Notes: a model not told the origin generated them from the letters alone. A stretch of DNA of 64,000 nt from Candidatus Peregrinibacteria bacterium (GCA_043798355.1 JAZDOT010000047.1:858-64857); one strand, 5' to 3'. Shown: positions 26,613 through 36,714, counted from the first letter of the stretch. Numbers and translations: made by a program.

Positions 26613-27668
26613 CTATCCCAGTACTTCATCCAGCCTCCCCGCAGCAATAGCCTCCTTGATGTCCCGTGCAAGCCTGCGTCCCGTGCTCATCGGCTCCTTG
26701 TAGCGAAGTTGCGTGTACGGCGACCCTTCGATGAAGGGATTGGTGCCGGCGACGATGCGGGCGGAGATCTCGAAGACGAAGATCTGCAGTTTGCGTGTCA
26801 CGATGCATTCGAGACAGAAGGGGCCGAAGAGACCTTTACCGGCACCGAGATTCCGGCTCTCCGAAACAACGCGTTCGCCCATGGCGAAGAACTCGGGGAG
26901 TAATGACTCGCGCACCACGACGGGGATGTTCCCGACGATGGTGTAACTGGTGAAGATGTTTGTGGCCAGTTGGTCCTCGGCGCGGATGCGGCCGATACTG
27001 TCAGCGTTACTCTCGTAGCGCTTGTCGAAGCTCATGATTTCGAGCTCCTTTGTGATCGGCGAGTAGAAGTAGTGCACATAGAGCGGCACGCCGACGATGT
27101 ACTCCTGCAGCACGTAATCACTCAGCTCCGGATACTTGCGGTTCTTCACCTCCCAGAACTGCTCGGCATTCTTCGCGATGAAGTAGCCGAATCCTCCTCC
27201 GGCGCCGTGGAACTTCACGATGGCCGCGCGATCGATGTCCTCGGGTTTCTCGAAGACGCGGGGGAGGAGCAACCCGGACTTCAGCAACCACTGCCGCTCC
27301 AGCGTGCGGTCGCTCTCCCACTTGAGGATCTCCTTGGTGCCGTAGTACATGGCCTGCGTCTTCAGGACGCGCTCGGGGCCGAGGTAGGCCACGAAGGATC
27401 CGTGGGGAATCACGATGGCATTGCGCTTGATCAGTTCCTCCTCGAGCGCTTCATTCCACTCTGCCCAGTCATCGACGAGGAGGATCTCGTCCGCGACACC
27501 GTAACTCTTGTACGGCCGCTCGGAACCCCTCTTGCAGATGACGAGGTTGCGCATCCCCTCGTCGCGCGCCCCCTTGAGGATCTGGAGTGCGCTGTGGCTC
27601 CCGAGCGTTGCGATGCAGTAGTCCTTCGGATTCGCGGATGCCGGCATGATGGGCTTTGGCTTTGCCAT
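26613..27668 (-). CDS. purP: PurP-like ATP-grasp protein (5-formaminoimidazole-4-carboxamide ribotide synthetase family), paralogue 2
   Basis: Trimmed to MAKPKPIMPASANPKDYCIATLGSHSALQILKGARDEGMRNLVICKRGSERPY. The start codon choice is uncertain. Confidence 0.8.
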   Translation of the reverse strand: MAKPKPIMPASANPKDYCIATLGSHSALQILKGARDEGMRNLVICKRGSERPYKSYGVADEILLVDDWAEWNEALEEELIKRNAIVIPHGSFVAYLGPERVLKTQAMYYGTKEILKWESDRTLERQWLLKSGLLLPRVFEKPEDIDRAAIVKFHGAGGGFGYFIAKNAEQFWEVKNRKYPELSDYVLQEYIVGVPLYVHYFYSPITKELEIMSFDKRYESNADSIGRIRAEDQLATNIFTSYTIVGNIPVVVRESLLPEFFAMGERVVSESRNLGAGKGLFGPFCLECIVTRKLQIFVFEISARIVAGTNPFIEGSPYTQLRYKEPMSTGRRLARDIKEAIAAGRLDEVLG

Positions 27669-27764
27669 GGTATTTCGGGCATCATAGCAATCTTCAGGGA
27701 AAAGGCAAGGTCTCATCTGAGCCCCTTTCTGTGTTCCTTGCCACAGCATACTCATTTCCTGCAC

Positions 27765-28208
27765 TCAAGATTGATCTCTGCCAGATTTAGGATTGCGACT
27801 GTCGTATTCAAAATGATAGAGACTTCGCACAAACACAGCACACTCCTGCTCCCGCCCACGCGTCATGATGGCACCGATACGCACTTTAATCGTTTGATTT
27901 CCAATATCATCTTCAAAGTGAAGCAGTCCCTTCGTCGCCAACGAATTCATTGCCTTATCAACGATATTTTCAGCGATTTCTATATCAGGCAACTCAAGTC
28001 TCGCGGCCTGAAAAACGTGCGACTGGAGTATCCCCCAACTGACTCTTTCCCCCAACAAAAAGAGTGCAATAGCCTTTTGCATGGCAAACTCTTCCACAGG
28101 AGAAAGCGACTCTTGTCGCATGCGCTGCAGAATCGCTTCTAGGGCATACATCCGTTCTGACGCGGGAACATCGATGAAAGATGGATGATCGGGATGTTCC
28201 GTAGACAT
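27765..28208 (-). CDS. hypothetical protein (lower-GC ORF)
   Basis: 147 aa with protein-like composition. A very AT-rich divergent promoter region lies upstream (28209..28367). Confidence 0.55.
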   Translation of the reverse strand: MSTEHPDHPSFIDVPASERMYALEAILQRMRQESLSPVEEFAMQKAIALFLLGERVSWGILQSHVFQAARLELPDIEIAENIVDKAMNSLATKGLLHFEDDIGNQTIKVRIGAIMTRGREQECAVFVRSLYHFEYDSRNPKSGRDQS

Positions 28209-28367
28209 GTAGTAACAATATATAATTATTAATGTTAGTCAATGCATAGACTCTTTAATAAAATACTGTACAATATACATGCTTCTCAGAAGGAGCTAGA
28301 ATGGACATTATTGCTTATTAAGCAATTTTATATTATAATATCTATTACAATCTTTTCTCACATACAT

Positions 28368-30008
28368 ATGGATCGCACATGTTCCCGACCAAGCGTTCTT
28401 TGGGCAGTGTTCCTCTCGATCACTGCACTCTTCTACACAACAATCGGTGTACAGTCGTGGAGAGAGAAAAGCATCACCGCAACAATGAGTGATATCGTGG
28501 TGCCAAGTGTCGGTAAGGGCACCTGCGTTCCGGCACCGGGCATGCCGTGCGGTGGGAGAGGAAATACGCAGAATACTCCGACAACACCTGTTCGCTCATC
28601 GTCATCGTCATCGGCTTCTCCGGCGCAGGCTGTAAGCAGCACGCCGGCAACGGACACCATCCCGGTATGCAGGGATGTCTCTTTTTCCGGAAACCAGAAA
28701 GGAGCATGTGCTCAGCGGGCAAAGCGCGCTTGCATGCGCGCATACCCCAACGGGGGCAAGGCATTCGCAACGTGTGTGTATGATGCAATCACCGGTCGCG
28801 GGGTGAAACCCACTCCCCTCTTCACTCCCACTCTGCCTCTTCCGCAGGTGATGAGCTCCTCTTCCAGAACATCCACACGCTCTTCTTCCGCTTCTTCGGC
28901 ATCAACAACTCGCACGACGACGACACACGCCACAGCCCCATCCCTGCCGCCAAAAGGATCCTGGGACGGTGCCTACCCCGTCAATGGGACAGTGAAATGT
29001 ACAAACCTCAGCGACGGCACGACGAAGCTGGAGACGACGAATGATATCTTCACCGTGAAAAATAACGTCGTCACCAGCGGGAACCTGAGCGCACCCATCG
29101 ATGCCCAAGGCAACGCCGTCCTCTCGACGGGCACCATTACAGCCAAAATCCACTTCACACGCTCGAACGACACGGTCTTCGCGAGCGCGCAGGCGACGGG
29201 CAGGCTCTCCGTCACGAGCAGCAGCGGACAGCCGGTTCCCGTCTCGTGCACGACAGACGTCTCCGGCGGCTGGTCGCCCCTCTCGGCAACGACGTCCGCC
29301 GCCGCTCCCGTCTCCACGCAACAGACGCCGGCACCACAACAAATCCGGCAGCCACAACTTCCTTCAGTACCCTCCAGTCCTCAGACATCTTCACAGACGA
29401 GCAGCATACCCGCTCTACGCTCTCCGTCGACGGGGGGGACGTGGGATGGGGCATACGGACTACACGGGACGATCAAGTGCACGAGCGACGATGGTCAGAC
29501 TCTCAAGCAAGACTTCAATGAAGGAGGGACCGTCGTCAACAACGTGTTGCCGACGGCTGCCGGCTCCACCCGTATCGATGGAAACGGGAATGTGTCTTTC
29601 ACGCTCCCCATCACACAAGGGGTTTCCGTAACCTACAGTCTCCACTTCACACGATCGGGTCGTTCACTCGGTGTGAGCGGATCCATCAACGGAGGCGGGC
29701 AGGTGAACCACGCAGACGGGACAGTCACGAACTGGAAGTGCTCCGCACCCGTCAACGGGAGCGCAGACGCTCCGGAAGAGGAGTGTCCGGAGGACACCCC
29801 GACTGCACCGGCACCGCAGTCCTCGCCACCCTCCAGCCCATCGACACCCTCCGTCCCGCGGACGTGCGTCCAGCCGGAATACAACTGCTGGCAGAAGTGC
29901 GGGAACCTCCCGAGTTACCCGACGTACCAGAAGGAGGCATGCCTCACCCAGTGCGGCAACGAGTATCAGGCTGCGCAGGACGCCTACAACCAGTGCATAG
30001 GGTACTGA
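28368..30008 (+). CDS. exported Ser/Thr/Pro-rich surface protein with two internal ~110-aa domain repeats and Cys-rich termini
   Basis: Trimmed to MDRTCSRPSVLWAVFLSITALFY. The repeats are GSWDGAYPVNGTVKCT...IHFTRS... and GGTWDGAYGLHGTIKCT...LHFTRS.... Confidence 0.7.
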   Translation: MDRTCSRPSVLWAVFLSITALFYTTIGVQSWREKSITATMSDIVVPSVGKGTCVPAPGMPCGGRGNTQNTPTTPVRSSSSSSASPAQAVSSTPATDTIPVCRDVSFSGNQKGACAQRAKRACMRAYPNGGKAFATCVYDAITGRGVKPTPLFTPTLPLPQVMSSSSRTSTRSSSASSASTTRTTTTHATAPSLPPKGSWDGAYPVNGTVKCTNLSDGTTKLETTNDIFTVKNNVVTSGNLSAPIDAQGNAVLSTGTITAKIHFTRSNDTVFASAQATGRLSVTSSSGQPVPVSCTTDVSGGWSPLSATTSAAAPVSTQQTPAPQQIRQPQLPSVPSSPQTSSQTSSIPALRSPSTGGTWDGAYGLHGTIKCTSDDGQTLKQDFNEGGTVVNNVLPTAAGSTRIDGNGNVSFTLPITQGVSVTYSLHFTRSGRSLGVSGSINGGGQVNHADGTVTNWKCSAPVNGSADAPEEECPEDTPTAPAPQSSPPSSPSTPSVPRTCVQPEYNCWQKCGNLPSYPTYQKEACLTQCGNEYQAAQDAYNQCIGY

Positions 30009-30178
30009 CGTGTCGAACATTGCTAAGCTCTGCAAGACGTTTTCTTCTCCATTCTGTTTTCTGGTACGCTTCCTCCGCTCTGGTGCCGTAGCCCCACCGT
30101 CGCTCCTCATTTCTTTCGGAGCTATGGCGGGCGGGAAGATGTCGTTATAGTTCCTTCAGATCGATTGGCAGTTATGCT

Positions 30179-30253
30179 GGTGCCGTAGCCAAGTAGTAAG
30201 GCAGGGGTCTGCAAAACCCCCATACGTGGGTGCAATTCCCACCGGCACCTCCA
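30179..30253 (+). tRNA. tRNA-Cys (anticodon GCA), CCA encoded; unusual T-loop TGCAATT (G at position 55)
   Basis: Acceptor GGTGCCG/CGGCACC, discriminator U73 (typical of Cys), anticodon arm GGGGT-CTGCAAA-ACCCC, T-stem GTGGG/CCCAC. Confidence 0.85.
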
Positions 30254-30258
30254 ACCGG

Positions 30259-30837
30259 CTACGTACTGCTCTCGCCCTCCTCCTCCGCCGGAGCAACGAA
30301 TGTCGAACTCTCGAGGATGAGCGTAATCTGGGAAGCAAGATCGTCTTCGATGAACATCGGCACCGCCGCCGTCACGGTGTACCCGACGGAATCCTGCACC
30401 GTACTCACTTGGAAGAAACGCCGTCCCGGATCGGACTCTACGGGTTGCGAAGAGAAGGTATGGAGGGACACTTCGTTCCCGTCGATGGAAACTTTCTTCG
30501 TATCGATGAGGGCGTACTTCGGCAGCACGCTCACCGAGCGGATGGAGGCATCGCTGTAATCGGCGGGCGTGAGCGGCTGCGTGAGGACTTCGCGCGTCAC
30601 GGTGATGGTGGGGAACTGCCCCGACACTGATTTTTCAGCTTTGAATGCCGTCACCGTTTCACTCGGGACCCCGCGCGCTGCGAGCGTCTCCTTATCCATC
30701 ACGACCCACCCCGCAGGCAGACAGGTACCGTACGTCCCGTCCCAGTAATCCTTGTTGCAACTGGCCGTCGTTGCCGCCGTCCCGCAGGACGCGAGGAACA
30801 TGCACGAAAAGAGGAGGAGAGTGAGGGATTTCTTCAT
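30259..30837 (-). CDS. hypothetical lipoprotein
   Basis: Trimmed to MKKSLTLLLFSCMFLASCG (lipobox). Confidence 0.7.
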   Translation of the reverse strand: MKKSLTLLLFSCMFLASCGTAATTASCNKDYWDGTYGTCLPAGWVVMDKETLAARGVPSETVTAFKAEKSVSGQFPTITVTREVLTQPLTPADYSDASIRSVSVLPKYALIDTKKVSIDGNEVSLHTFSSQPVESDPGRRFFQVSTVQDSVGYTVTAAVPMFIEDDLASQITLILESSTFVAPAEEEGESST

Positions 30838-31000
30838 AGTGAACGTCATCATACGCTCACGGCGGATACTGTGAAGTGTTCGTGGTTTACGGGAACACGC
30901 CCACCACCGTAAGGTGGCATCGACAAAATTATTGGACATGGTCAAATACACGACTTAGGAATTGAGCCGAAGAGCCTTTTCTGCTAGACTGAGAGGATTT

Positions 31001-33514
31001 ATGCGAAAACTCACACTCCTCTCGCTTACAGGAATCATTGCCCTGGCCATCCCGCTGCAGGCAATCGGCGCGTTCGCCCTCTCCGCGGCAGACACCGTTG
31101 CCGGCCTCGGAACGGAAATCTCCGCGGAGGGCATCGCATCCGGGAGCAACCCGACCCTCGTCGTCACCCCGCCGCTCGGCAGTGAAATCCCCTTCGCCCT
31201 CTCGAGCGATACGACGGGACATGCGACCGTGCGGGTGAGCGGATCGGAGACCGAAGCTGCAGGCATCTACAATGTCGAACTCCTGCTGGGCGAAACGGTG
31301 GAAACATCGTCATCGTTCGAAGTGCTGCCGGAGAGTCTGGATACGGCCGCGAGCAGCCTCCAGAGCGATCGCACCAGTATCACGCCCGACGGCGCGGATG
31401 CGGCGGAAGTGACCGTCATCCTCCGCGACCGTTTTATGAATCCCCTGCCTGAGCGCCCAATGGAACTGATTTCCAGCAGAGACAATGACGTGATCACTCC
31501 GCTCGGGAGCGAAACCGACGACAGCGGCACGCAGCGTTTCTCCGTCACAACGACGCAAGCGGGCACGGCGACCTTCCGCGCGCTCGATCTCATGAGCGGG
31601 AAAACCCTGGAGGGATCCGTTTCCCTCTCCGCGGGAATAGTCCAGAACGCAGGAGGATACGCGGGACAGGCGGCAGCGTCCATGCCATACCCCTTCTACG
31701 TCATTCAGATGCCGTACGGCATGCAGCAGGGCATGCAGCAAATGCCGACGGGCACGACTACCACCGCAGGAATTTCGGGAAGCCGCATCGTCGGCGACGT
31801 CGCGGGCCGGCCGCTCTACGCACAGGCATCCGCCTTCGATGTGGTCGCCGCCTTCGTCCTCGACGTGCCCGAAACGATGAAGCCCAACGAAGACACGACC
31901 ATGCGCATCACGGCAGTCGACAAGAACGGAAACCGCGTCGAGGACTACATGGGAACCGTCCTCCTGTCCTCCACCGATCCCACGGCGCTCCTGCCGCTCA
32001 ACGGAGAAGTGCAGTTCCAGCCGCAGAACCTGGGACAGAAAGTGCTCACGCTGGGCCTCAGGCTGCGCACCCCCGGACAGCACACCATCCATGCGGAGGA
32101 CAGTGCGAATGCCTCTGTCTTCGGAGAGAAAACAGTGACCGTATCGGGCGGAAGTACGGGGTCATCTTCCATTCAGATCACCTCCCCCAAACGGGAAAGC
32201 ACGGTGAGAGAGACGCGGATCACTGTCCAGGGCAAGGGTCCCGCCTTCATGAATCTCATCATCAGCGGCGGTGAAGAAGATGTCACAGGTGAAACGGATG
32301 ACACCGGTACGTTCGAAATCCCCGTGGAACTCAGTCCCAATCAGATCGACCATACCCTGCGCGTTCGCGATGATACGGGGCGCGTCGATTCCGGGAACAT
32401 CCACATCCGCTTCGATGCCACTGCACCGGAAATCGGAGACATCACCTTCGAACCCGCCAGCCCCAAGGAAGGGGAAACGGTGACACTCACCGTCCAGAGC
32501 GAACCTGCACTCGCCTCCATGAAAGTGAAAGTGGGCAAGGATGAATTGACTCTTGTAGAGAATAAAGGAGCTTCGGGATCGTATCGGGCGACGTTCACCG
32601 CACCAGTCGCCAATACCTACCAGCCGAGCATTACGGCAGCCGACGGAGCCGGGAATACCGTGGAAGTCCGCGGGACTCTGGTCGTCGAAAAGCGCAGCCT
32701 TCCGGGCGTGACCGGCGTCAAGGCCGAAGCGAAAGTGGATGCCGTCATCCTGACGTGGGAACCCGTCACATCCGAGCGCGTGGATGCGTACCGCATCTAC
32801 GTCGGCGAGACTGCCAACGACTTCGGCTACACGCTGGAAACCGATCGCGCCGCCTCCTCGGCCACCGTCGCGGGACTCAAGGGCGGAACTCTGTACTTCT
32901 TCGCCGTCACTGCCCTGCAGGGCGATCGCGAGAGTGCGGCAAAGAGCGAGACCGTGAGCGCCTCTCCGCTCGGATTGGACTTGAAAATCACCCCGCAGAA
33001 CGGCGCGCTGCAGATCGAGTGGTCCAACCTGTCACAGGGAACGCCGCTGGCTTCGTACCTCCTCGAATACGGCGTAGAGGCCGGGAACTTCGCCGAGAAG
33101 CGCATGATCAACGGAACGCAGCAGAGCTACATGCTCCGTGATTTGCTGAATGGTATCCCCTACTTCATCCGGATCACGCCCATCGCAACGACCGGCAACG
33201 CCCTCAAGGAGCTGGCCGCTGACGGAACGGGCACGCCCGCAGGGGCCGGTAACGTGTTCACCCCGCAGCCTTCCGCCCCCGTGACGGTCAACGGACAGCC
33301 GCTGCAGGGAACCGTAATCCCCAAACAGGAACAACCGACAGGAACGACACACGCCGGCGCTCCGCGCACACCGACGGTGGGGCTGCCCGCCTCGTTCGTC
33401 TGGATCGCGCTCTCCGTGAGCGGCCTCTTCCTCATCCTCCACTGGCACCGCCGACGCACGCTGAAGCTCACCATGGAATTCCGGGAGAAAGCACAGGAGC
33501 GCTACCATCTCTGA
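31001..33514 (+). CDS. large cell-surface protein with Ig-like/fibronectin-III-like repeats and a C-terminal membrane anchor
   Basis: Signal peptide MRKLTLLSLTGIIALAIPLQAIGAFA, beta-rich repeats (for example YRIYVG...LKGGTLYFFAVTA, FN3-like), and a C-terminal LPASFVWIALSVSGLFLILHWHRRR. Confidence 0.8.
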   Translation: MRKLTLLSLTGIIALAIPLQAIGAFALSAADTVAGLGTEISAEGIASGSNPTLVVTPPLGSEIPFALSSDTTGHATVRVSGSETEAAGIYNVELLLGETVETSSSFEVLPESLDTAASSLQSDRTSITPDGADAAEVTVILRDRFMNPLPERPMELISSRDNDVITPLGSETDDSGTQRFSVTTTQAGTATFRALDLMSGKTLEGSVSLSAGIVQNAGGYAGQAAASMPYPFYVIQMPYGMQQGMQQMPTGTTTTAGISGSRIVGDVAGRPLYAQASAFDVVAAFVLDVPETMKPNEDTTMRITAVDKNGNRVEDYMGTVLLSSTDPTALLPLNGEVQFQPQNLGQKVLTLGLRLRTPGQHTIHAEDSANASVFGEKTVTVSGGSTGSSSIQITSPKRESTVRETRITVQGKGPAFMNLIISGGEEDVTGETDDTGTFEIPVELSPNQIDHTLRVRDDTGRVDSGNIHIRFDATAPEIGDITFEPASPKEGETVTLTVQSEPALASMKVKVGKDELTLVENKGASGSYRATFTAPVANTYQPSITAADGAGNTVEVRGTLVVEKRSLPGVTGVKAEAKVDAVILTWEPVTSERVDAYRIYVGETANDFGYTLETDRAASSATVAGLKGGTLYFFAVTALQGDRESAAKSETVSASPLGLDLKITPQNGALQIEWSNLSQGTPLASYLLEYGVEAGNFAEKRMINGTQQSYMLRDLLNGIPYFIRITPIATTGNALKELAADGTGTPAGAGNVFTPQPSAPVTVNGQPLQGTVIPKQEQPTGTTHAGAPRTPTVGLPASFVWIALSVSGLFLILHWHRRRTLKLTMEFREKAQERYHL

Positions 33515-33517
33515 CAC

Positions 33518-34519
33518 ATGACGAAGCGACCCCGGACCATCTCCATCGGCGGCGCGACGGAGGATCTCTTCGTGCGCATCCCCTCCGCATCCATACAACG
33601 CACGGGCGACCGTCAGGCGTTCGTCCTCGCCATCGGTGAGAAAGTGCGCGTGAGCGACGTCCGGGAGACGAGTGGCGGCGGAGCGGCGAACACTTCCGTC
33701 GGGCTCTCGCGCCTCGGCTGCGATGCCGGTTTCTGCGGCATCGTGGGATCCGACCAGTGGGGTGAACGACTCCTCGAGACCTTACGGAAAGAGCGCGTGG
33801 ACATCCGCTCTGCCGTGGTCGTGGAAGATGAAGTTTCCAGTTTCTCCATCATCCTGACCGCTCTGTCCGGCGACCGGACCATCCTCTACACCCCGGGGGC
33901 GAACACGCATCTGCACGACGCCACGTTCGACCGCGAAGCGGCGGGACAGGTGGACTGGGTGTACCTCAACCGGATCCAGGACGACAGCTGCGACATCCAG
34001 GACAATATCGTGAATCTCTTCCGGGACAAGAAGGGACCCGGCCTCACGTGGAATCCGGGGGGATGTCACATCACGGCTGGATTACGCACGGAAGGAAACC
34101 GGAGTCTCGTTGCCGCGTCAAATCTCTTCCTCGTCAATGATGAAGAAGCGCTGATCTTCACAGGAGAACCGACCGCGGAGAAAGCCCTTCGTTCCCTGCT
34201 CAACGCGGGCGCTCTGAACGTCTGCATTACATGCGGAAAAGAAGGATGCATCGCATCGGATGGGCATGCCCTCTATCACTGCCCTATACAATCCAATGTC
34301 TCTGTCGTTGAAACGACGGGGGCCGGAGACGCCTTCGGCACCGGCGCAACGTGGGCACTCCTCTCGGGAGAGAACTTGCCGACGGCGCTCAAGGCGGGTA
34401 CCATGAATGCAGCGAGTGTCGTTGGTTTCATCGGCGCTCAGGCAGGACTCCTCACAGACATCGAAATCCGTCGCCGTCTCCGGGAAGTCAACCTGAATAT
34501 CCGCGTCGAGGAACTCTGA
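33518..34519 (+). CDS. PfkB-family carbohydrate kinase
   Basis: GGGAANTSVGLSRLG near the N-terminus and VVETTGAGDAFGTG near the C-terminus. Confidence 0.88.
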   Translation: MTKRPRTISIGGATEDLFVRIPSASIQRTGDRQAFVLAIGEKVRVSDVRETSGGGAANTSVGLSRLGCDAGFCGIVGSDQWGERLLETLRKERVDIRSAVVVEDEVSSFSIILTALSGDRTILYTPGANTHLHDATFDREAAGQVDWVYLNRIQDDSCDIQDNIVNLFRDKKGPGLTWNPGGCHITAGLRTEGNRSLVAASNLFLVNDEEALIFTGEPTAEKALRSLLNAGALNVCITCGKEGCIASDGHALYHCPIQSNVSVVETTGAGDAFGTGATWALLSGENLPTALKAGTMNAASVVGFIGAQAGLLTDIEIRRRLREVNLNIRVEEL

Positions 34520-34590
34520 ACGACAACCCGCGAACATCCTCACCCCCACTCCTCCATACCAAAGTGCACCTTACGTTTCACATCACACAC

Positions 34591-34641
34591 GCCCCCTCAC
34601 CCATCCTCTCCCCCCTCCGGGTGGAGAGGGGAAGCGGAAAT
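34591..34641. repeat. GC-rich hairpin repeat family Q, copy 2
   Basis: gccccctcacccatcctctcccccc-tccgggt-ggagaggggaagcggaaatg. Confidence 0.85.
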
Positions 34642-34705
34642 GTGCAAGCAGTCCCGCCCTCTGGAATGATGTTGTTTTCCCTTCTAGCTTAATTCTTTTT
34701 TTCCT

Positions 34706-35320
34706 ATGTCCGACGATAAGCTCCTCCAGATTCAGGAATTGGTCGACTCCGCCATGTCGTCTCTCAAGACGGCCAGATCGCTCCTGCGCGACTTCACCGG
34801 CGTGTCCGATACCGACCGAGAACGCATCGTCTCCCGCGCCGAGTCCTTCACGGGCAACAGCGCCGTGAGCGGCCGCGTGATCGAGGGCGTCTTCGACGGG
34901 CAGAACATGGTCGACAATACCGGCCAGACGTACCCCGTTCCGGCGAACTACGCTTCGAAGAGTAAACTGGCAGAGGGCGACGGCATGAAGCTCACCATCA
35001 CGGACGAAGGCAAATTCATCTACAAGCAAATCGCCCCCATCCCCCGCCGCACGATCATGGGTGTGCTCATCCAGGAGGACGGGCAGTACAAGGTCCTCGC
35101 CGAGGGAAAGGCCTTCCGCGTGCTCCTCGCTTCCGTCACATTCTACCGCGCGGAAGTGGGCGATCAGGTGACCATCCTGCTCCCCAAGGACACTGAGGCG
35201 AAGTGGGGCGCCATCGAGGCGGTCATCCCGAAACACCTCGCGGAAGCCGCGGCGAAAGAGCACTTCAAGAAAGCGAGCAAAGAGGAGGAAGACGGGGAAC
35301 TGAGTCCGAGGGTGGAGTGA
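34706..35320 (+). CDS. hypothetical protein
   Basis: 204 aa with balanced composition and a conserved-looking core GVFDGQNMVDNTGQTYPVPANYASKSKL.EGD. No family assigned. Confidence 0.65.
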   Translation: MSDDKLLQIQELVDSAMSSLKTARSLLRDFTGVSDTDRERIVSRAESFTGNSAVSGRVIEGVFDGQNMVDNTGQTYPVPANYASKSKLAEGDGMKLTITDEGKFIYKQIAPIPRRTIMGVLIQEDGQYKVLAEGKAFRVLLASVTFYRAEVGDQVTILLPKDTEAKWGAIEAVIPKHLAEAAAKEHFKKASKEEEDGELSPRVE

Positions 35321-35362
35321 AGACTGGCATCTCTCCCTCAACCTTGCTAGGCTTCACACCCT

Positions 35363-36670
35363 GTGAAGATCAGCCCCCGCGTCCTCTTCCCCGTCGGCCT
35401 CGCCCTCGCTCTCTGCGCGCTGTTCGTCAGTTTCCTCTGGTGGCAGATCGAGTCCTCGACGGCGCTCCTCACCATGCATCCGGAGGCGACGACCCGGACG
35501 GATTCCGGAGCGGTGGTGATCGCGGATGATCCGTCCGCCATCGACCCGCGCGATACCGCCCTCCTCAAACTACGGTCAGGAGACCTTTTGGCACTCAAAG
35601 GTGACTGGAAAGGAGCCGAAACCGAGTACCAGAAATCGGTGGATGCGGGCGGAGGACTGACGGCGCTCCGGAAACTGGCGCAGGCACAGCTGCAGCGGCG
35701 CAACATCGAAGCGGTCGGGAAAACCATCCAGAAAATGAAGCAGGCCGGTGCCCGGGCGGAGGATCTGCTCCTCCTCGAATCGATTACGCTGCTTCGGTCC
35801 GGCGAACTCCTCCGGGCGAAAAACCTCCTGAATGGCGCCGACGATTCCCCGCAGAAACACTACGGGCTTTCGCTGCTCGCCATCGTGCAAGGGGAACATG
35901 AAAAGGCACAGGAGGAGCTCAGGAGCGTGAGCGGCGGATGGGAACCCACGCTCCGGTCCTACGCGCGCACTCTGCAGGCAGCCTACGACGAGTTCGCGCT
36001 CTTCCCTGAGGGAAATAATCTTCACCTGATCACACTCCTCTCCCGGGCTCTGGCACAGGTGCAGGAATGCGAACTGGCCATCCCGCTCCTCGTGCAGGTG
36101 ACGAACAGCAAGGAGGACTACCGCGACGCATGGATCGTGCAGGGCTACTGCGAACTGGTGACGGAACGCTACGCGGAATCGCTCACGTCCCTCGAGCACG
36201 CCTACAACATCGACCCGCAGAAGCCCGAGATCCAGTACTTCCTCGGACGGACGTACGGAGCACTCGGAGAGCACGACAACGCCATCACGTTCCTCGAGTA
36301 CGCTCTGGAGAACGGCTTCCAACCGAAATCGGAAGTGCAGAGGTGGATCGCGGAGGAGGCAGAGCTCGCCGGCAACACCGATCTCGTGCTCGCACAGAAG
36401 AAAGCCCTCACGGAAGAAAAGGATGCCTCCCTCCAGACATTCGAGGATTTCATCCGCACAGCCATCGACCTCAAAGACGCAGAAACCGCCTACGTGAAAG
36501 CGGAGGAAGCGGTGAAGCGCTGGCCGGAGGATCCGCTCAGCTTCGAACTCCTCGGACTCGCCGCGCAGGCAACCGGGCACACGGACGAAGCGAAGAGCGC
36601 CTTCGAAAAAGCACTACAACTCAATCCGGAAATGGCGGGGGTGCGGGAAGAGCTGGAGGCGCTGAAATGA
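35363..36670 (+). CDS. TPR-repeat protein with N-terminal membrane anchor (GTG start)
   Basis: VLFPVGLALALCALFVSFLWW is followed by repeated A/L/Y-rich TPR-like helices (AYNIDPQKPEIQYFLGRTYGALGEHDNAITFLEYAL). Confidence 0.75.
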   Translation: MKISPRVLFPVGLALALCALFVSFLWWQIESSTALLTMHPEATTRTDSGAVVIADDPSAIDPRDTALLKLRSGDLLALKGDWKGAETEYQKSVDAGGGLTALRKLAQAQLQRRNIEAVGKTIQKMKQAGARAEDLLLLESITLLRSGELLRAKNLLNGADDSPQKHYGLSLLAIVQGEHEKAQEELRSVSGGWEPTLRSYARTLQAAYDEFALFPEGNNLHLITLLSRALAQVQECELAIPLLVQVTNSKEDYRDAWIVQGYCELVTERYAESLTSLEHAYNIDPQKPEIQYFLGRTYGALGEHDNAITFLEYALENGFQPKSEVQRWIAEEAELAGNTDLVLAQKKALTEEKDASLQTFEDFIRTAIDLKDAETAYVKAEEAVKRWPEDPLSFELLGLAAQATGHTDEAKSAFEKALQLNPEMAGVREELEALK

Positions 36671-36714
36671 GGACTCCTCATGACAGCCTCCTTCCTCGTC
36701 TCCGCCGCAATCGA

